Positions 55,396 through 64,000 of a stretch of DNA of 64,000 nt are shown here, one piece after another. This stretch comes from Acidimicrobiales bacterium. Lineage in GTDB: Bacteria; Actinomycetota; Acidimicrobiia; Acidimicrobiales; JAHEJN01. Location of the stretch: NCBI GenBank assembly GCA_024638845.1, contig JAHEJN010000006.1, forward strand, positions 10,946 through 74,945, given 5' to 3'. A program made the position numbers and the translations under genes. Numbering within the stretch: the first letter of the stretch is position 1; every line of letters begins with the position of its first letter. The notes beneath the pieces are model-generated. The model did no database searches. It was given only the letters and a program-made list of their open reading frames with translations, and had not been told where the DNA came from.

Positions 55396-56856
55396 GTGGT
55401 CGGGGAAATCGCCGCGGCCGAAGTACGCGAGACGCATATCTCCTGGGTCTTCCTGACGGCTGATCGCGCCTACAAGCTGCTGAAGCCGATCACGACCAAC
55501 TTCCTCGACTTCGGCTCGTCGGACCTGCGGTGCGCAGCAGCACAACGCGAGGTCGAGCTCAATCGGCGAGTCGCCCCCGACGTGTACCTCGGTCTTGGCG
55601 ACCTGGTCGAGAACGGTGAGCTCGTCGATCAGCTGATCATCATGCGGCGCATGCCCGAGGAACGCCGCCTGTCTCGAATGGTCGATGACCCGAGCTTCGA
55701 CCACCACGTGCGTGAGATCGCCCGAACCGTGGCGGCCCTACACGCCGGCGAGCCCGCAGTCACCGGCGACCGAGCCCAGGCCATCGCCGGTCGCGACGCG
55801 GTGGCCGGGAATTGGGAGGCGAACTTCGCCGATCTCGCCGCGGTGGCCGACGAGCTCATCGACTCGGTCGACTATGCCGAGGCCGCGGCCCGTGCCCGAC
55901 GCTTCCTCGCCGCCCAGAGTGACCTCTTCACCCGCCGCATCGACGAAGGGTTCGTGCGAGACGGTCACGGTGACCTGTTGGCCGGCGACATCTTCTGCCT
56001 CGACGACGGCCCCCGCATCCTCGACTGTCTTGCCTTCGACGAGCGGCTGCGCATCGGCGACGTGTTGTCCGACATCGGCTTCCTCGCCATGGATCTGCAT
56101 CGGCTGGCCGGCGCCGACGTGGCCCGGTCGCTGCTGAAGTGGTACGGCGAGTTCTCCAACGAGCATCATCCTGCGTCGCTCGCGCATCACTACATGGGTT
56201 ATCGAGCCCATGTTCGGGCCAAGATCGCCGCGCTCCGGTGGCAGCAGGGCTCGACTTCGGCGGCCGACGACCTGCGGGTCCATCACGATCTGGCCCTGTT
56301 TCACCTTCGCCGCGGCGAGGTGCGGCTGGTGATGGTCGGAGGCGTGCCCGGCACCGGCAAGTCGACGGTGGCGTCGGCCATCGGTGCCGAGCTCGGGGCG
56401 GTGGTGTTGTCGAGTGACGAGCTCCGCAAGGACCTGGCGCATCTCGGCCCCGACGAACACGCTCGCAGTCCTGTCGACAGCGGTCTGTACGCGCCGGAGC
56501 GACGGGCCGAGGTCTACGAGGAGATGCTGGTCGAGGCGGGCCTGCTGTTGGCCAGGGGCGAGAGCGTGGTCATGGATGCGTCGTGGTCGGGTGCCGACCA
56601 GCGGCGCCTCGCCGAGTCGCTCGGCCGCGAACGAGGGGTCGAGGTCGTGGCCATCGAGTGCGTGGTCGACGCAACGACCGCTCGGCAGCGGATCGCGCAT
56701 CGCATGTCCACACCAGGTGTTCCATCGGACGCGACGCCCGACGTCGCCGACCACATGCGTGCGACGTGGCCGGCGTGGCCCGAAGCCAGCCAGATCGACA
56801 CGGCGGGCACGATCGAGGAGACGCTCGAGTCGGCTCTGCAGGCGATCACCGGCTGA
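55396..56856 (+). CDS. Bifunctional phosphotransferase-fold / P-loop ATP-binding protein (Rv2004c-like)
   Basis: N-terminal APH-like domain (HGDLLAGDIF, DCLAFDERLRIGDV) and a C-terminal P-loop GGVPGTGKST. GTG start 2 nt after the upstream stop. Confidence 0.82.
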   Translation: MVGEIAAAEVRETHISWVFLTADRAYKLLKPITTNFLDFGSSDLRCAAAQREVELNRRVAPDVYLGLGDLVENGELVDQLIIMRRMPEERRLSRMVDDPSFDHHVREIARTVAALHAGEPAVTGDRAQAIAGRDAVAGNWEANFADLAAVADELIDSVDYAEAAARARRFLAAQSDLFTRRIDEGFVRDGHGDLLAGDIFCLDDGPRILDCLAFDERLRIGDVLSDIGFLAMDLHRLAGADVARSLLKWYGEFSNEHHPASLAHHYMGYRAHVRAKIAALRWQQGSTSAADDLRVHHDLALFHLRRGEVRLVMVGGVPGTGKSTVASAIGAELGAVVLSSDELRKDLAHLGPDEHARSPVDSGLYAPERRAEVYEEMLVEAGLLLARGESVVMDASWSGADQRRLAESLGRERGVEVVAIECVVDATTARQRIAHRMSTPGVPSDATPDVADHMRATWPAWPEASQIDTAGTIEETLESALQAITG

Positions 56857-56860
56857 GCTC

Positions 56861-56880
56861 GGGCGGCGATGGTGCCGCCC
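56861..56880 (+). terminator. Hairpin GGGCGGC-gatggt-GCCGCCC directly after the stop of 55396..56856
   Basis: 7-bp GC stem followed by GTTCGCTGTG. Confidence 0.4.
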
Positions 56881-57015
56881 GTTCGCTGTGCCATAGGAAC
56901 CACGACTGAGTCGATCGGCCCGGACTGGTCGACCTCATTGGGTGAACTTGCTCAAGGAGCGCCCACGTCGCTTCCGAAGCCGACTCCCGGAACCAACCGC
57001 CCACACAAAGGTGAC

Positions 57016-57348
57016 GTGATCAAACGATTCGTGAGTGCTCTTCTGGTTTTCGTTCTGATGGGGTCGATCTTCGCCTCGACGACCGGATTCCTCTCGGCCG
57101 TCCAAGGTCAGGATCTCTCGGTGCGGACGGCGCTCGACGCGAGCTTCACCCAGCAGCTCCAGAACGCCGACCCGTTCCGCTTCGACGCCTCCGACCTCAT
57201 GCCTCCCGAGATCGGCGCCAGCCTGGCCCCGGGCGGCTTCTGGGGTGACGGCGGCGGCTTCATCGTCCCCGGCAAATCGATCGACGACGCCACCCAGGCC
57301 ATCGACCTGTTCTGCGTGATCGTCCCCGAGGGTGACGCCTGCCCCTGA
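57016..57348 (+). CDS. Small secreted protein, function unknown
   Basis: GTG start preceded by AAAGGTG. Signal-like VIKRFVSALLVFVLMGSIFAS. C-terminal Cys pair FCVIVPEGDACP. The N-terminal part is locally AT-richer. Confidence 0.6.
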   Translation: MIKRFVSALLVFVLMGSIFASTTGFLSAVQGQDLSVRTALDASFTQQLQNADPFRFDASDLMPPEIGASLAPGGFWGDGGGFIVPGKSIDDATQAIDLFCVIVPEGDACP

Positions 57349-57368
57349 TCGCACGGAGTCGACGGGAT

Positions 57369-57387
57369 CGGGGAGAAGCGCTCCCCG
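57369..57387 (+). terminator. Hairpin CGGGGAG-aagcg-CTCCCCG after the small secreted protein gene
   Basis: 7-bp stem located 21 nt after the stop. No clear U-tract. Confidence 0.3.
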
Positions 57388-57459
57388 GCCCCGTCGGCGC
57401 CCGGCACGGTCGAGCGTCGTTTGGCAGACTGTCGCTCGACGAAAGCGAGGGGCGTACCG

Positions 57460-59982
57460 GTGATCCTGGTCTTCGAGGACTGCGAGCTCGATCTGGCGCG
57501 CGTGGTGCTCAAACGCGACGGGCAAGAGGTCCGCATCGAGCCGCAGGTCTTCGATCTGCTCTGCTGCCTCATCGAGCGGCGGGGCGAGGTCGTGCGCAAG
57601 GAGGACCTGCTCGATGAGGTCTGGGGCGATCGGTTCGTCAGCGAGTCGGCGCTCACCACGCGGATCAAGTCGGCCCGCCAGGCCGTCGGCGACGACGGCA
57701 CGCGCCAACGAGTGATCCGCACCGTCCACAGCAAGGGCTACGAGTTCGTCGCACCGGTTCGGGTCGTCGAAGCACAGCGCGCAACCGACGGTATGGCGAG
57801 TGGAGCGGGCTCGAGTCTGCCGGTTGCCGTTCAGCCGCTGATCGGCCGAGAGGAGCTACTTGCGCAGCTGCTCGACGACCACGAAACGAGCCGGCTGATC
57901 ACGCTGGTCGGAACCGGTGGTGTCGGGAAGACGTCGGTCGCCTTCGAGCTCGCCCGCCGCGTCGAACCCGGGTACCCCGACGGCGTCCTGGTGGTGGAGC
58001 TGGCGAGTGTGGTCGACCGCGACGCCGCCCTCGCTGCGTTCGCGACATCGCTCGACGTGAACACCCGCCAGCGGGCGTCGATCGAGGACGCGATCGTCGA
58101 CATGTTGCGCCCTCGCCGTGCGCTTCTCCTCCTCGACAACTGTGAACACCTCGTCGGGCCGGTCGCCTCGCTCGTCGATCGGATCCTGCACTCGGCCCCT
58201 GCCGTCTCGATCTTCGCCACGAGTCGCGAACCGCTCGCCGTGTCCGGCGAGCACGTGTGGACCGTCGAGCCGCTGTCGACGGTCGGTCTCGACTCGATAC
58301 CCGAGCACGAGCTGCCCTCGGTGCCGGCAGTGGCGCTCTTCCTAGAACGGGCCCGGGCGGCAGACCCTCGCTTCGAACTGACCGCCGCGAACGCCCCGGC
58401 CATCGTCGAGATCTGCCGACGTCTCGACGGAATCCCCCTGGCCATCGAGCTGGCGGCCTCGCGGGCGCATGCCATCGACGTCGTCGAGATCGCTCGTCGC
58501 CTCGATGAGCGGTTCCGTCTCCTCAAGGGGGTGAGGCGGGGCGCCGACCCGCGGCATCGCACCCTCGACGATGCGATCAGCTGGTCCTACGACCTGCTCG
58601 ACGACGACGAGCAACGACTGTTCGCCTCGCTCGCCGTGTTTGCCGGGCAGTTCGACCTCGGAGCCGCCGAATCGGTCTGTCGCGGCGACGATGTGCTCGA
58701 TCTGCTCACTCGGCTCACGACCCGTTCCATGCTCGCGGTACGCCGGCCGTCCACGGGTGGTACTCGCTACGAGATGCTCGAGACACTGCGGGAATACGGT
58801 CGGAATCGGTTGGGTGATCAGCAGAGCGTCGAGGTCTTCGGCGCTCACGCCCGCCAGTTCCTGGCGCTCGCGAGATCGGTCGAGGTCGATCTGGAAACCC
58901 CACAGGAGTCCAATGCCGTCGCGCGGGCCGATGGGTCCTTCGCCGACCTGCGGGCCGCACAAGGGTTCGCACTCCAGATCGAAGACCCCGACCTCTCCTT
59001 TGGGCTCATCGCCTCACTCCGCGAATACGCGATGCGCACTCTGCGCTACGAGGTGTTCACCTGGGCCGACTCGACCGAAGGGCTCGCGGGTGCCGCCGTT
59101 CATCCGCTTCATCCGGTGGTCACCGGGATCCGGGCCTACGGCGCGTGGGTGCGTGGTGAGTTCGACTCGGCGATCTCGCTCGCCGACGAAGCCCGAGCCG
59201 CCGAGAACACAGCGGGAAGGGCCCCGACCGGTCTCGTCGAGCGAGTCAGGGCCAACGTCCTCTACGCCACGGGCGAGAACGAGTCGGGTCTGATCGAGAA
59301 TGCTCGCCTCATCGAGCTCGCCGAGGAGTCACGCGCCGATTCGAGGATGGCCCACGCGTACTACATGGCATCGGTGGCATCGAGTTCGATCGGCCAGTAC
59401 GAAGAAGCGGAGCGCCTCATCTCGCTCTCCCGTGACGCGGGACGACGCACCGGTAGCCCGACCGATCTCGCATCGGCGTGGGTGGCCGAGGGTTTCGCCA
59501 CCCGTGACGACGACGACGCCGCGCTCGAGGCCTTCGCCACCGCCGGTCGTCTGGCCCGGTCGGCGGGCAACCGGTGGATGAGCGCCTTCGCCCGCACCGA
59601 GGCCAGTGGACTCCTCGTGCTGCACGGGCACCTCGAGGAGGGGTGCGAGGGCCTCGCCGAAGTGGTCGACGTCTGGTACCGGTCCGGCGAGTGGGGACAG
59701 CAGTGGCACACCCTGTCCCGCTGTCTCATCGCGCTCGATCGCATCGGACAACAGGAGATCGCGGCGCAGGTGCTCGGTGCGATCGAGGCTCACGCGACCA
59801 TGGGTGGTCCACCGGTCATGACGACCCTGCGCGATCTGGCCTTCGAGACCCGCGATTCGCTCACGGCCGTTCTCGGGGTGTCGCGCGCCGAGCAACAACG
59901 GGCGATAGGCGCGTCGCTCCCGGTGGCCACGATCATCGACCGGACCCGGAGTGCACTTCTGGGTCGACCGCTCGAGATCTGA
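57460..59982 (+). CDS. STAND-type regulator: N-terminal OmpR/PhoB-type wHTH + NB-ARC-like P-loop NTPase + TPR-like repeats
   Basis: wHTH: RIEPQVFDLLCCLIERRGEVVRKEDLLDEVWG...TVHSKGYEF. Walker A GTGGVGKT, Walker B LLLLDNCEH, GIPLAIELAA. GTG 57460 with GAGGGG upstream; the track TTG 57421 is the alternative. Confidence 0.85.
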   Translation: MILVFEDCELDLARVVLKRDGQEVRIEPQVFDLLCCLIERRGEVVRKEDLLDEVWGDRFVSESALTTRIKSARQAVGDDGTRQRVIRTVHSKGYEFVAPVRVVEAQRATDGMASGAGSSLPVAVQPLIGREELLAQLLDDHETSRLITLVGTGGVGKTSVAFELARRVEPGYPDGVLVVELASVVDRDAALAAFATSLDVNTRQRASIEDAIVDMLRPRRALLLLDNCEHLVGPVASLVDRILHSAPAVSIFATSREPLAVSGEHVWTVEPLSTVGLDSIPEHELPSVPAVALFLERARAADPRFELTAANAPAIVEICRRLDGIPLAIELAASRAHAIDVVEIARRLDERFRLLKGVRRGADPRHRTLDDAISWSYDLLDDDEQRLFASLAVFAGQFDLGAAESVCRGDDVLDLLTRLTTRSMLAVRRPSTGGTRYEMLETLREYGRNRLGDQQSVEVFGAHARQFLALARSVEVDLETPQESNAVARADGSFADLRAAQGFALQIEDPDLSFGLIASLREYAMRTLRYEVFTWADSTEGLAGAAVHPLHPVVTGIRAYGAWVRGEFDSAISLADEARAAENTAGRAPTGLVERVRANVLYATGENESGLIENARLIELAEESRADSRMAHAYYMASVASSSIGQYEEAERLISLSRDAGRRTGSPTDLASAWVAEGFATRDDDDAALEAFATAGRLARSAGNRWMSAFARTEASGLLVLHGHLEEGCEGLAEVVDVWYRSGEWGQQWHTLSRCLIALDRIGQQEIAAQVLGAIEAHATMGGPPVMTTLRDLAFETRDSLTAVLGVSRAEQQRAIGASLPVATIIDRTRSALLGRPLEI

Positions 59983-61246
59983 TTCCGACGCCTGCGGCTC
60001 CCGGTGACGGCCACACATGCACGCGACGGTCGAGGAAGGCATGGAGGTGGCTGGCCAGCTCGCCGGCGTCGGGCCCGACACCGTCGAGGAAGCTCGACTT
60101 GCGCCGCCGTAGGAACGGGATGCCCAGGAGGTAGAGGCCCGGCAACGAGCACACGCCACCATCGTGCGCGAGCCGGCCCCTATCATCGAAGGCCGCGGGA
60201 TCGAGCCACGAGTACTTCGGTCGATAACCGGTGGCCCACACGACGGTGTCGAATCGCGACAGCTCCATCTCGGTGGGAATCGCGGGTAGTGCGGTCGCCG
60301 GTGGCCGGGTGGGCTTCGGCAGCGTTTCGTCGAGGCCGTGCTCGGTTGCGAACTCGTCGATCCGGTCGAGGAGTCGATTCTGCTTGAGGTCGGCATTGCC
60401 GACGAGATTGGTCAGACCACCGGAGAACTGGGCCTTGGAGCCCGAGACCCGCATCAACTTGCCGACCACGCCCACGCCCGACGCGATCAGCGCGTTGAGA
60501 TCGAGCGTGCGGCGCTCGGGACTGCCGACCAGCTGCAGTGAGGGGAGACGCCGGGCTCGGTTGAGATCCTCGACCTCGTCGTAGCGCTCGTCGAGCTGGC
60601 CGATCACATCCATCCACCAGTGGATGTCGCGATCGCGATGCAAGCGGGGAAGCCGCACGTGGTCACCGACGGCAAGGGTGACCTGGCGCCCGCTCCGCTG
60701 GAGCTCGTCGGCGATCTGGGCTCCGGAGGCGGAGGCGCCGACCACCAGTACCTCGCCGGCGCCGAGCTGGCACGGATTGCGGTACTGCAGCGCGTCGAGC
60801 TGGTGGAATCGATCCGGTAGTTCGGTGGCCAGCGCCGGGATGTATGGCTCGCTCGACGCGCCGGTGGCCGCCACCACGGCATCACACACCCAGGTGCCCT
60901 GATCGGTGCGCACCTCGAAGCCGAGCGGTCGCCGGCACACCTTCTCGACGGTGACATTCGTCTGCACCGGCGCGCCGAAGCTCCGTCGGTACTCATCGAG
61001 GAACGCGACGGTCTCGTTCTTGGTCATGAAGCCGTCGGGGTCACTGCCCTCGTAGCGATAGCCGGGGAGGCGGGTCATCCAGTTGGGCGTGAGCAGCCGG
61101 AGCGAGTCCCACCGTTCGGTTCGCCATGTCTGAGCCACCTCCCCCCGGTCGAGGACCACATGGTCGATCCCGCGACCGGTGAGGTGATGGCTCATCGCCA
61201 GTCCGGCCTGGCCGGCGCCGATGACCACGACTGGTGTTCGCATCAT
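59933..61246 (-). CDS. FAD/NAD(P)-binding oxidoreductase (flavin-monooxygenase-like, two dinucleotide-binding motifs)
   Basis: VVVIGAGQAGLA and VLVVGASASGAQIA. Start trimmed to MMRTPVVV (61246). The 3' end overlaps the convergent regulator gene by 50 nt. Confidence 0.85.
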   Translation of the reverse strand: MMRTPVVVIGAGQAGLAMSHHLTGRGIDHVVLDRGEVAQTWRTERWDSLRLLTPNWMTRLPGYRYEGSDPDGFMTKNETVAFLDEYRRSFGAPVQTNVTVEKVCRRPLGFEVRTDQGTWVCDAVVAATGASSEPYIPALATELPDRFHQLDALQYRNPCQLGAGEVLVVGASASGAQIADELQRSGRQVTLAVGDHVRLPRLHRDRDIHWWMDVIGQLDERYDEVEDLNRARRLPSLQLVGSPERRTLDLNALIASGVGVVGKLMRVSGSKAQFSGGLTNLVGNADLKQNRLLDRIDEFATEHGLDETLPKPTRPPATALPAIPTEMELSRFDTVVWATGYRPKYSWLDPAAFDDRGRLAHDGGVCSLPGLYLLGIPFLRRRKSSFLDGVGPDAGELASHLHAFLDRRVHVWPSPGAAGVGIRSRAVDPEVHSGSGR

Positions 61247-61251
61247 CGACC

Positions 61252-61812
61252 TCAGACGACCTCGACCTGGATGTTCGTGGGGTTCGCGACGATGTCGAAG
61301 ACGGCCGAGCGCTTCTGTGACTGCGCCACGATGGCCTCGATGTCGGCCTTGGTCGCATCGGCGTCGATGGCATAGGTGACGGTGATGCCGTTGAAGCCGT
61401 TTCGTACGTCGCGGTCGATACCCAGGATGCCCTGGAGGTCCATGTCGCCGGCGATCGTGGAGGTGACCGAACGGAGCTGGACACCACGGTTGGAGGCGAC
61501 GGTGGCGACACCGGCGGTGAGGCACGAGGCCAGCGCAGCCAGCACGATCTCGGGCGGCGTGGCGCCGTTGTCCTCCGAGGCGAAGACCTGCGGGTGGTCG
61601 GCTTCGACGGTGTAGTCCTGGCGATGGGCCTGTTCGGCTCCGAGGCCGGAGAAGCCGCTCACCGTGGTTCGGCTGTGGGTGCCGCTGACCCACTCGCAGC
61701 TGGCCCGCCACTGGAACTGGGCGCCTTGTGGAGCATCGGTCAGGTGCTGGCGGGCGCCGAGAAGTGCCTCGATGTTCACGCCGTTGTCGACGGGGGTTTG
61801 GGTGTCGGTCAT
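61252..61812 (-). CDS. OsmC-family protein
   Basis: PPEIVLAALASCLTAG and the overall OsmC/Ohr pattern. Start trimmed to MTDTQTPV with AAGGA upstream. Confidence 0.85.
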   Translation of the reverse strand: MTDTQTPVDNGVNIEALLGARQHLTDAPQGAQFQWRASCEWVSGTHSRTTVSGFSGLGAEQAHRQDYTVEADHPQVFASEDNGATPPEIVLAALASCLTAGVATVASNRGVQLRSVTSTIAGDMDLQGILGIDRDVRNGFNGITVTYAIDADATKADIEAIVAQSQKRSAVFDIVANPTNIQVEVV

Positions 61813-61989
61813 GGGTGTCCTTGTCTGTCGGCCCGCAGTGCGGGCGTGATGTGTGCTTGGGAGGATCACTCTGCTCATTCGGACGTACGGAGTCTTGAAG
61901 GACCCATGACGAGTGGCTGAATCGTCGTGTCAGCCGATCTTCAGACGATGTTCATGACTTGCCGCCCCACTCACCCGATGATGGCGGGC

Positions 61990-62817
61990 ATGACCATCGA
62001 CACCGAAACCGCGAAAGAGGAGCAGCGAGTCCACGACTGGCGTGAAGCCGGCGAAGCCTGGGGCCACTCGGCCAACAACTGGGCCACCTTGTACGAGCAC
62101 TACGCCATCGACGTCATGATCGCCATCTTCTGCCGGGTCGGCATGGCCGACGGGGTCGATGTGCTCGACATGGCGTGCGGCTCAGGCCTCGCCCTCCGTC
62201 ATGCCGGGGCCATGGGTGCAACCGTGTCCGGCATCGATGCGGCCGAGACCCTCATCGAGATCGCCCGTGACCGCAACCCCGAGGCCGACGTGCGGCTCGG
62301 CTCGATGTTCGCGCTGCCGTGGCGCGACGAGAGCTTCGATGTCGTGACGTCGATCAACGGCGTGTGGGGTGGATGCGAGGCCGCGCTCGTCGAGGCGCAC
62401 CGAGTGCTTCGCCCCGCCGGCATGCTCGGCATCAGCTTCTGGGGCACCGGCACCCCGAACGATCTGCGGGGCTGCTTCAAGGCCTTCGCCCGCCACTCGC
62501 CCGAGGAGCACTTCGGCAGCATGAAGCGGCTGAACGACATCGCTGCGCCGGGTGTGGCCGAGACGATGCTGACCGAGAGCGGCTTCGAGGTCATGGAACG
62601 AGGGGAGCGTGTCTCGGTCATCGAATGGCCCGATCCGGAGCTGGCGTGGCGAGCCGTCTCGAGTGTCGGCCCGGCCGTGCCGGCGCTGCGCCACACCGAG
62701 GAGGCAGTCGTGAAGCAGGCCGTGCTCGAGGCCATCGATCACTGCCGCGACGACAGGGGTGCCTACCGGTTCCAGAACGATCACCACTTCGTGATCGCTC
62801 GGAAGGTCGGTCAGTAA
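61990..62817 (+). CDS. Class I SAM-dependent methyltransferase
   Basis: Motif I VLDMACGSGL, then FDVVTSINGVW and RVLRPAGML. The start is uncertain among Met codons from 61927 to 61990. Confidence 0.8.
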   Translation: MTIDTETAKEEQRVHDWREAGEAWGHSANNWATLYEHYAIDVMIAIFCRVGMADGVDVLDMACGSGLALRHAGAMGATVSGIDAAETLIEIARDRNPEADVRLGSMFALPWRDESFDVVTSINGVWGGCEAALVEAHRVLRPAGMLGISFWGTGTPNDLRGCFKAFARHSPEEHFGSMKRLNDIAAPGVAETMLTESGFEVMERGERVSVIEWPDPELAWRAVSSVGPAVPALRHTEEAVVKQAVLEAIDHCRDDRGAYRFQNDHHFVIARKVGQ

Positions 62818-62898
62818 GGCGTCCGCCTGCCGTCGAGCACGGCGCGGGCGGAGTCGAACGCCTAGCCTCACGGTGTGGACGTAGAGGCCGCTCGACTC

Positions 62899-64000
62899 GT
62901 GAAGCGCTTCTACCTCTACTCGGGCATCTACACCCTTGCCGCCTCGATCATCTGGGGCATCAACACGCTGTTCCTGTTGGATGCGGGGTTGACGATCGGA
63001 GAGGTGTTTCTCGCCAACGCCGCGTTCTCGGTGGGAACGATGCTGTTCGAGATCCCGACCGGGGTGGTGGCCGACACCATCGGGCGCCGGACATCGTTCC
63101 TGCTCTCGGTCGCGGTGCTCGCCGCCACCACGCTCGCGTATGTGGGGCTCGCGCAGGTCGGTGGGGGAGTCGCGAGCTTTGCGCTCGTCTCGGTGCTGAT
63201 GGGGCTCGGCTTCACGTTCTACTCGGGCGCCATGGAGGCGTGGGTGGTCGACGGCGTTCGCTTTCTCGGCTACGACGGCGAGCTCGACCCGATCTTCGCC
63301 AGGGGCCAGGTCATCGCCGGGGTCGCGCTGATTGCCGGCACAGTCGGGGGCGGGTTCCTCGGCCAGACCGACCTGGCCCTTCCCTTCCTGTTGCGATCGG
63401 GCCTGCTGCTCGCTCTGTTCGTGCTCGCGAGTCGGGGCATGGCCGATCTGGGCTTCGAGCGCCGAGCGGTCAGCTGGGCCGCGATCCCGACTGAGGCAAA
63501 CCGGGTGGCCCGTGTCGGAATCACCTTCGGATGGCGCAACCGATCGATTCGCCTGCTCATCCTGGCCACTGCAGTGCAGATGGGGTTCTTCGCCTGGGCC
63601 TGGTATGCCTGGCAGCCGTACTTCCTCGAGCTGCTCGACTCCGACGCGGTGTGGGTTGCGGGCGTCGTGGCCGCAATCCTCGGCCTGTCGATGATCCTGG
63701 GGAACGGCATCGTCCAGGTGGTGATGCGCTGGTGCGGGCGTCGAACCACCCTGTTCCTGGGATCGGGAGTTGTCTTCTCGGGGGCGATGATCGCGGTCGG
63801 AGCCGTGTCGTCGTTCCCGCTCGCGGTCGCGTGTCTGGCGCTGGCCGGTGTGGCGTTCGGGGTGCAGTCGCCGGTACGGCAGGCGTTCGTTCACGAAAAG
63901 GTTCCGAGCGAGCAGCGGGCGACGGTCGTGTCGTTCGACTCGATGATCACCGGCGGGGGCGGTGTCGTCGGGCAGGCCGGGCTCGGCGCGTTCGCACAGC
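62899..64000 (+). CDS. MFS transporter, 3' end outside the window (not in the ORF track)
   Basis: Hand translation from GTG 62899: VKRFYLYSGIYTLAASIIWGINTLF...FEIPTGVVADTIGRRTSF (the MFS D-R-x-G-R-R loop). It stays open and GC3-rich to nt 64000. Confidence 0.8.
   Translation, partial: MKRFYLYSGIYTLAASIIWGINTLFLLDAGLTIGEVFLANAAFSVGTMLFEIPTGVVADTIGRRTSFLLSVAVLAATTLAYVGLAQVGGGVASFALVSVLMGLGFTFYSGAMEAWVVDGVRFLGYDGELDPIFARGQVIAGVALIAGTVGGGFLGQTDLALPFLLRSGLLLALFVLASRGMADLGFERRAVSWAAIPTEANRVARVGITFGWRNRSIRLLILATAVQMGFFAWAWYAWQPYFLELLDSDAVWVAGVVAAILGLSMILGNGIVQVVMRWCGRRTTLFLGSGVVFSGAMIAVGAVSSFPLAVACLALAGVAFGVQSPVRQAFVHEKVPSEQRATVVSFDSMITGGGGVVGQAGLGAFAQ

Noticed and set aside
61247-61711. Upstream extension of track ORF 59933..61711 (minus strand)
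   Set aside because: It overlaps the OsmC gene out of frame. The flavoprotein begins at MMRTPVVVIGAG, the canonical N-terminal FAD motif.
62182-63894. 570-aa minus-strand ORF and 391-aa + ORF 62319..63494
   Set aside because: Both are Arg/Glu/Gly-rich. The region is better explained by the methyltransferase (to 62817) and an MFS transporter read by hand from GTG 62899 in a third frame.

Overview
The window is a very GC-rich bacterial chromosomal segment with strong third-codon-position G+C bias. Gene content points to Actinomycetota: a mycothiol-type formaldehyde dehydrogenase pair, SARP and DevR-like regulators, and an Rv0218-like Mo-enzyme. I support about 62 protein-coding genes with almost no non-coding space. 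I recognised no rRNA, tRNA, CRISPR array, transposase, integrase or prophage gene. Many long ORFs in the track are antisense or out-of-frame shadow ORFs typical of high-GC DNA, and several track starts needed trimming to internal starts. Housekeeping blocks: prfC, secA, prfB, ftsE-ftsX followed by two coiled-coil M23 peptidases, kbl-tdh, a split B12-dependent acyl-CoA mutase with MeaB, and an S-(hydroxymethyl)mycothiol dehydrogenase with an MBL hydrolase. The accessory theme is stress and dormancy. It comprises five tandem-domain universal stress protein (USP) genes, Hsp20, MscS, CorA, OsmC and DUF1269/DUF1918/DUF1059 small proteins, plus a USP, DevR-like regulator and histidine kinase operon in the order of Rv3134c-devR-devS. 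In that operon the kinase sensor is 3 PAS + 1 GAF. Two good DosR-type palindromes (GGGAC-N4-GTCC) lie upstream of a Zn-ADH gene, with weaker copies upstream of USP genes. Other leads: (1) a USP, membrane-fused Mo-oxidoreductase, Cys-pair membrane protein and exported SagB-type flavoprotein operon; (2) active-site residues suggesting the mutase is isobutyryl-CoA-mutase-like; (3) an HtrA-like protease without a PDZ domain, translationally coupled to a MoxR-DUF58-VWA operon; (4) a SARP gene with 11-bp direct repeats beside two DUF1059 genes, one absent from the ORF track. All functional calls rest on motif recognition and remembered family knowledge. No database search was run.
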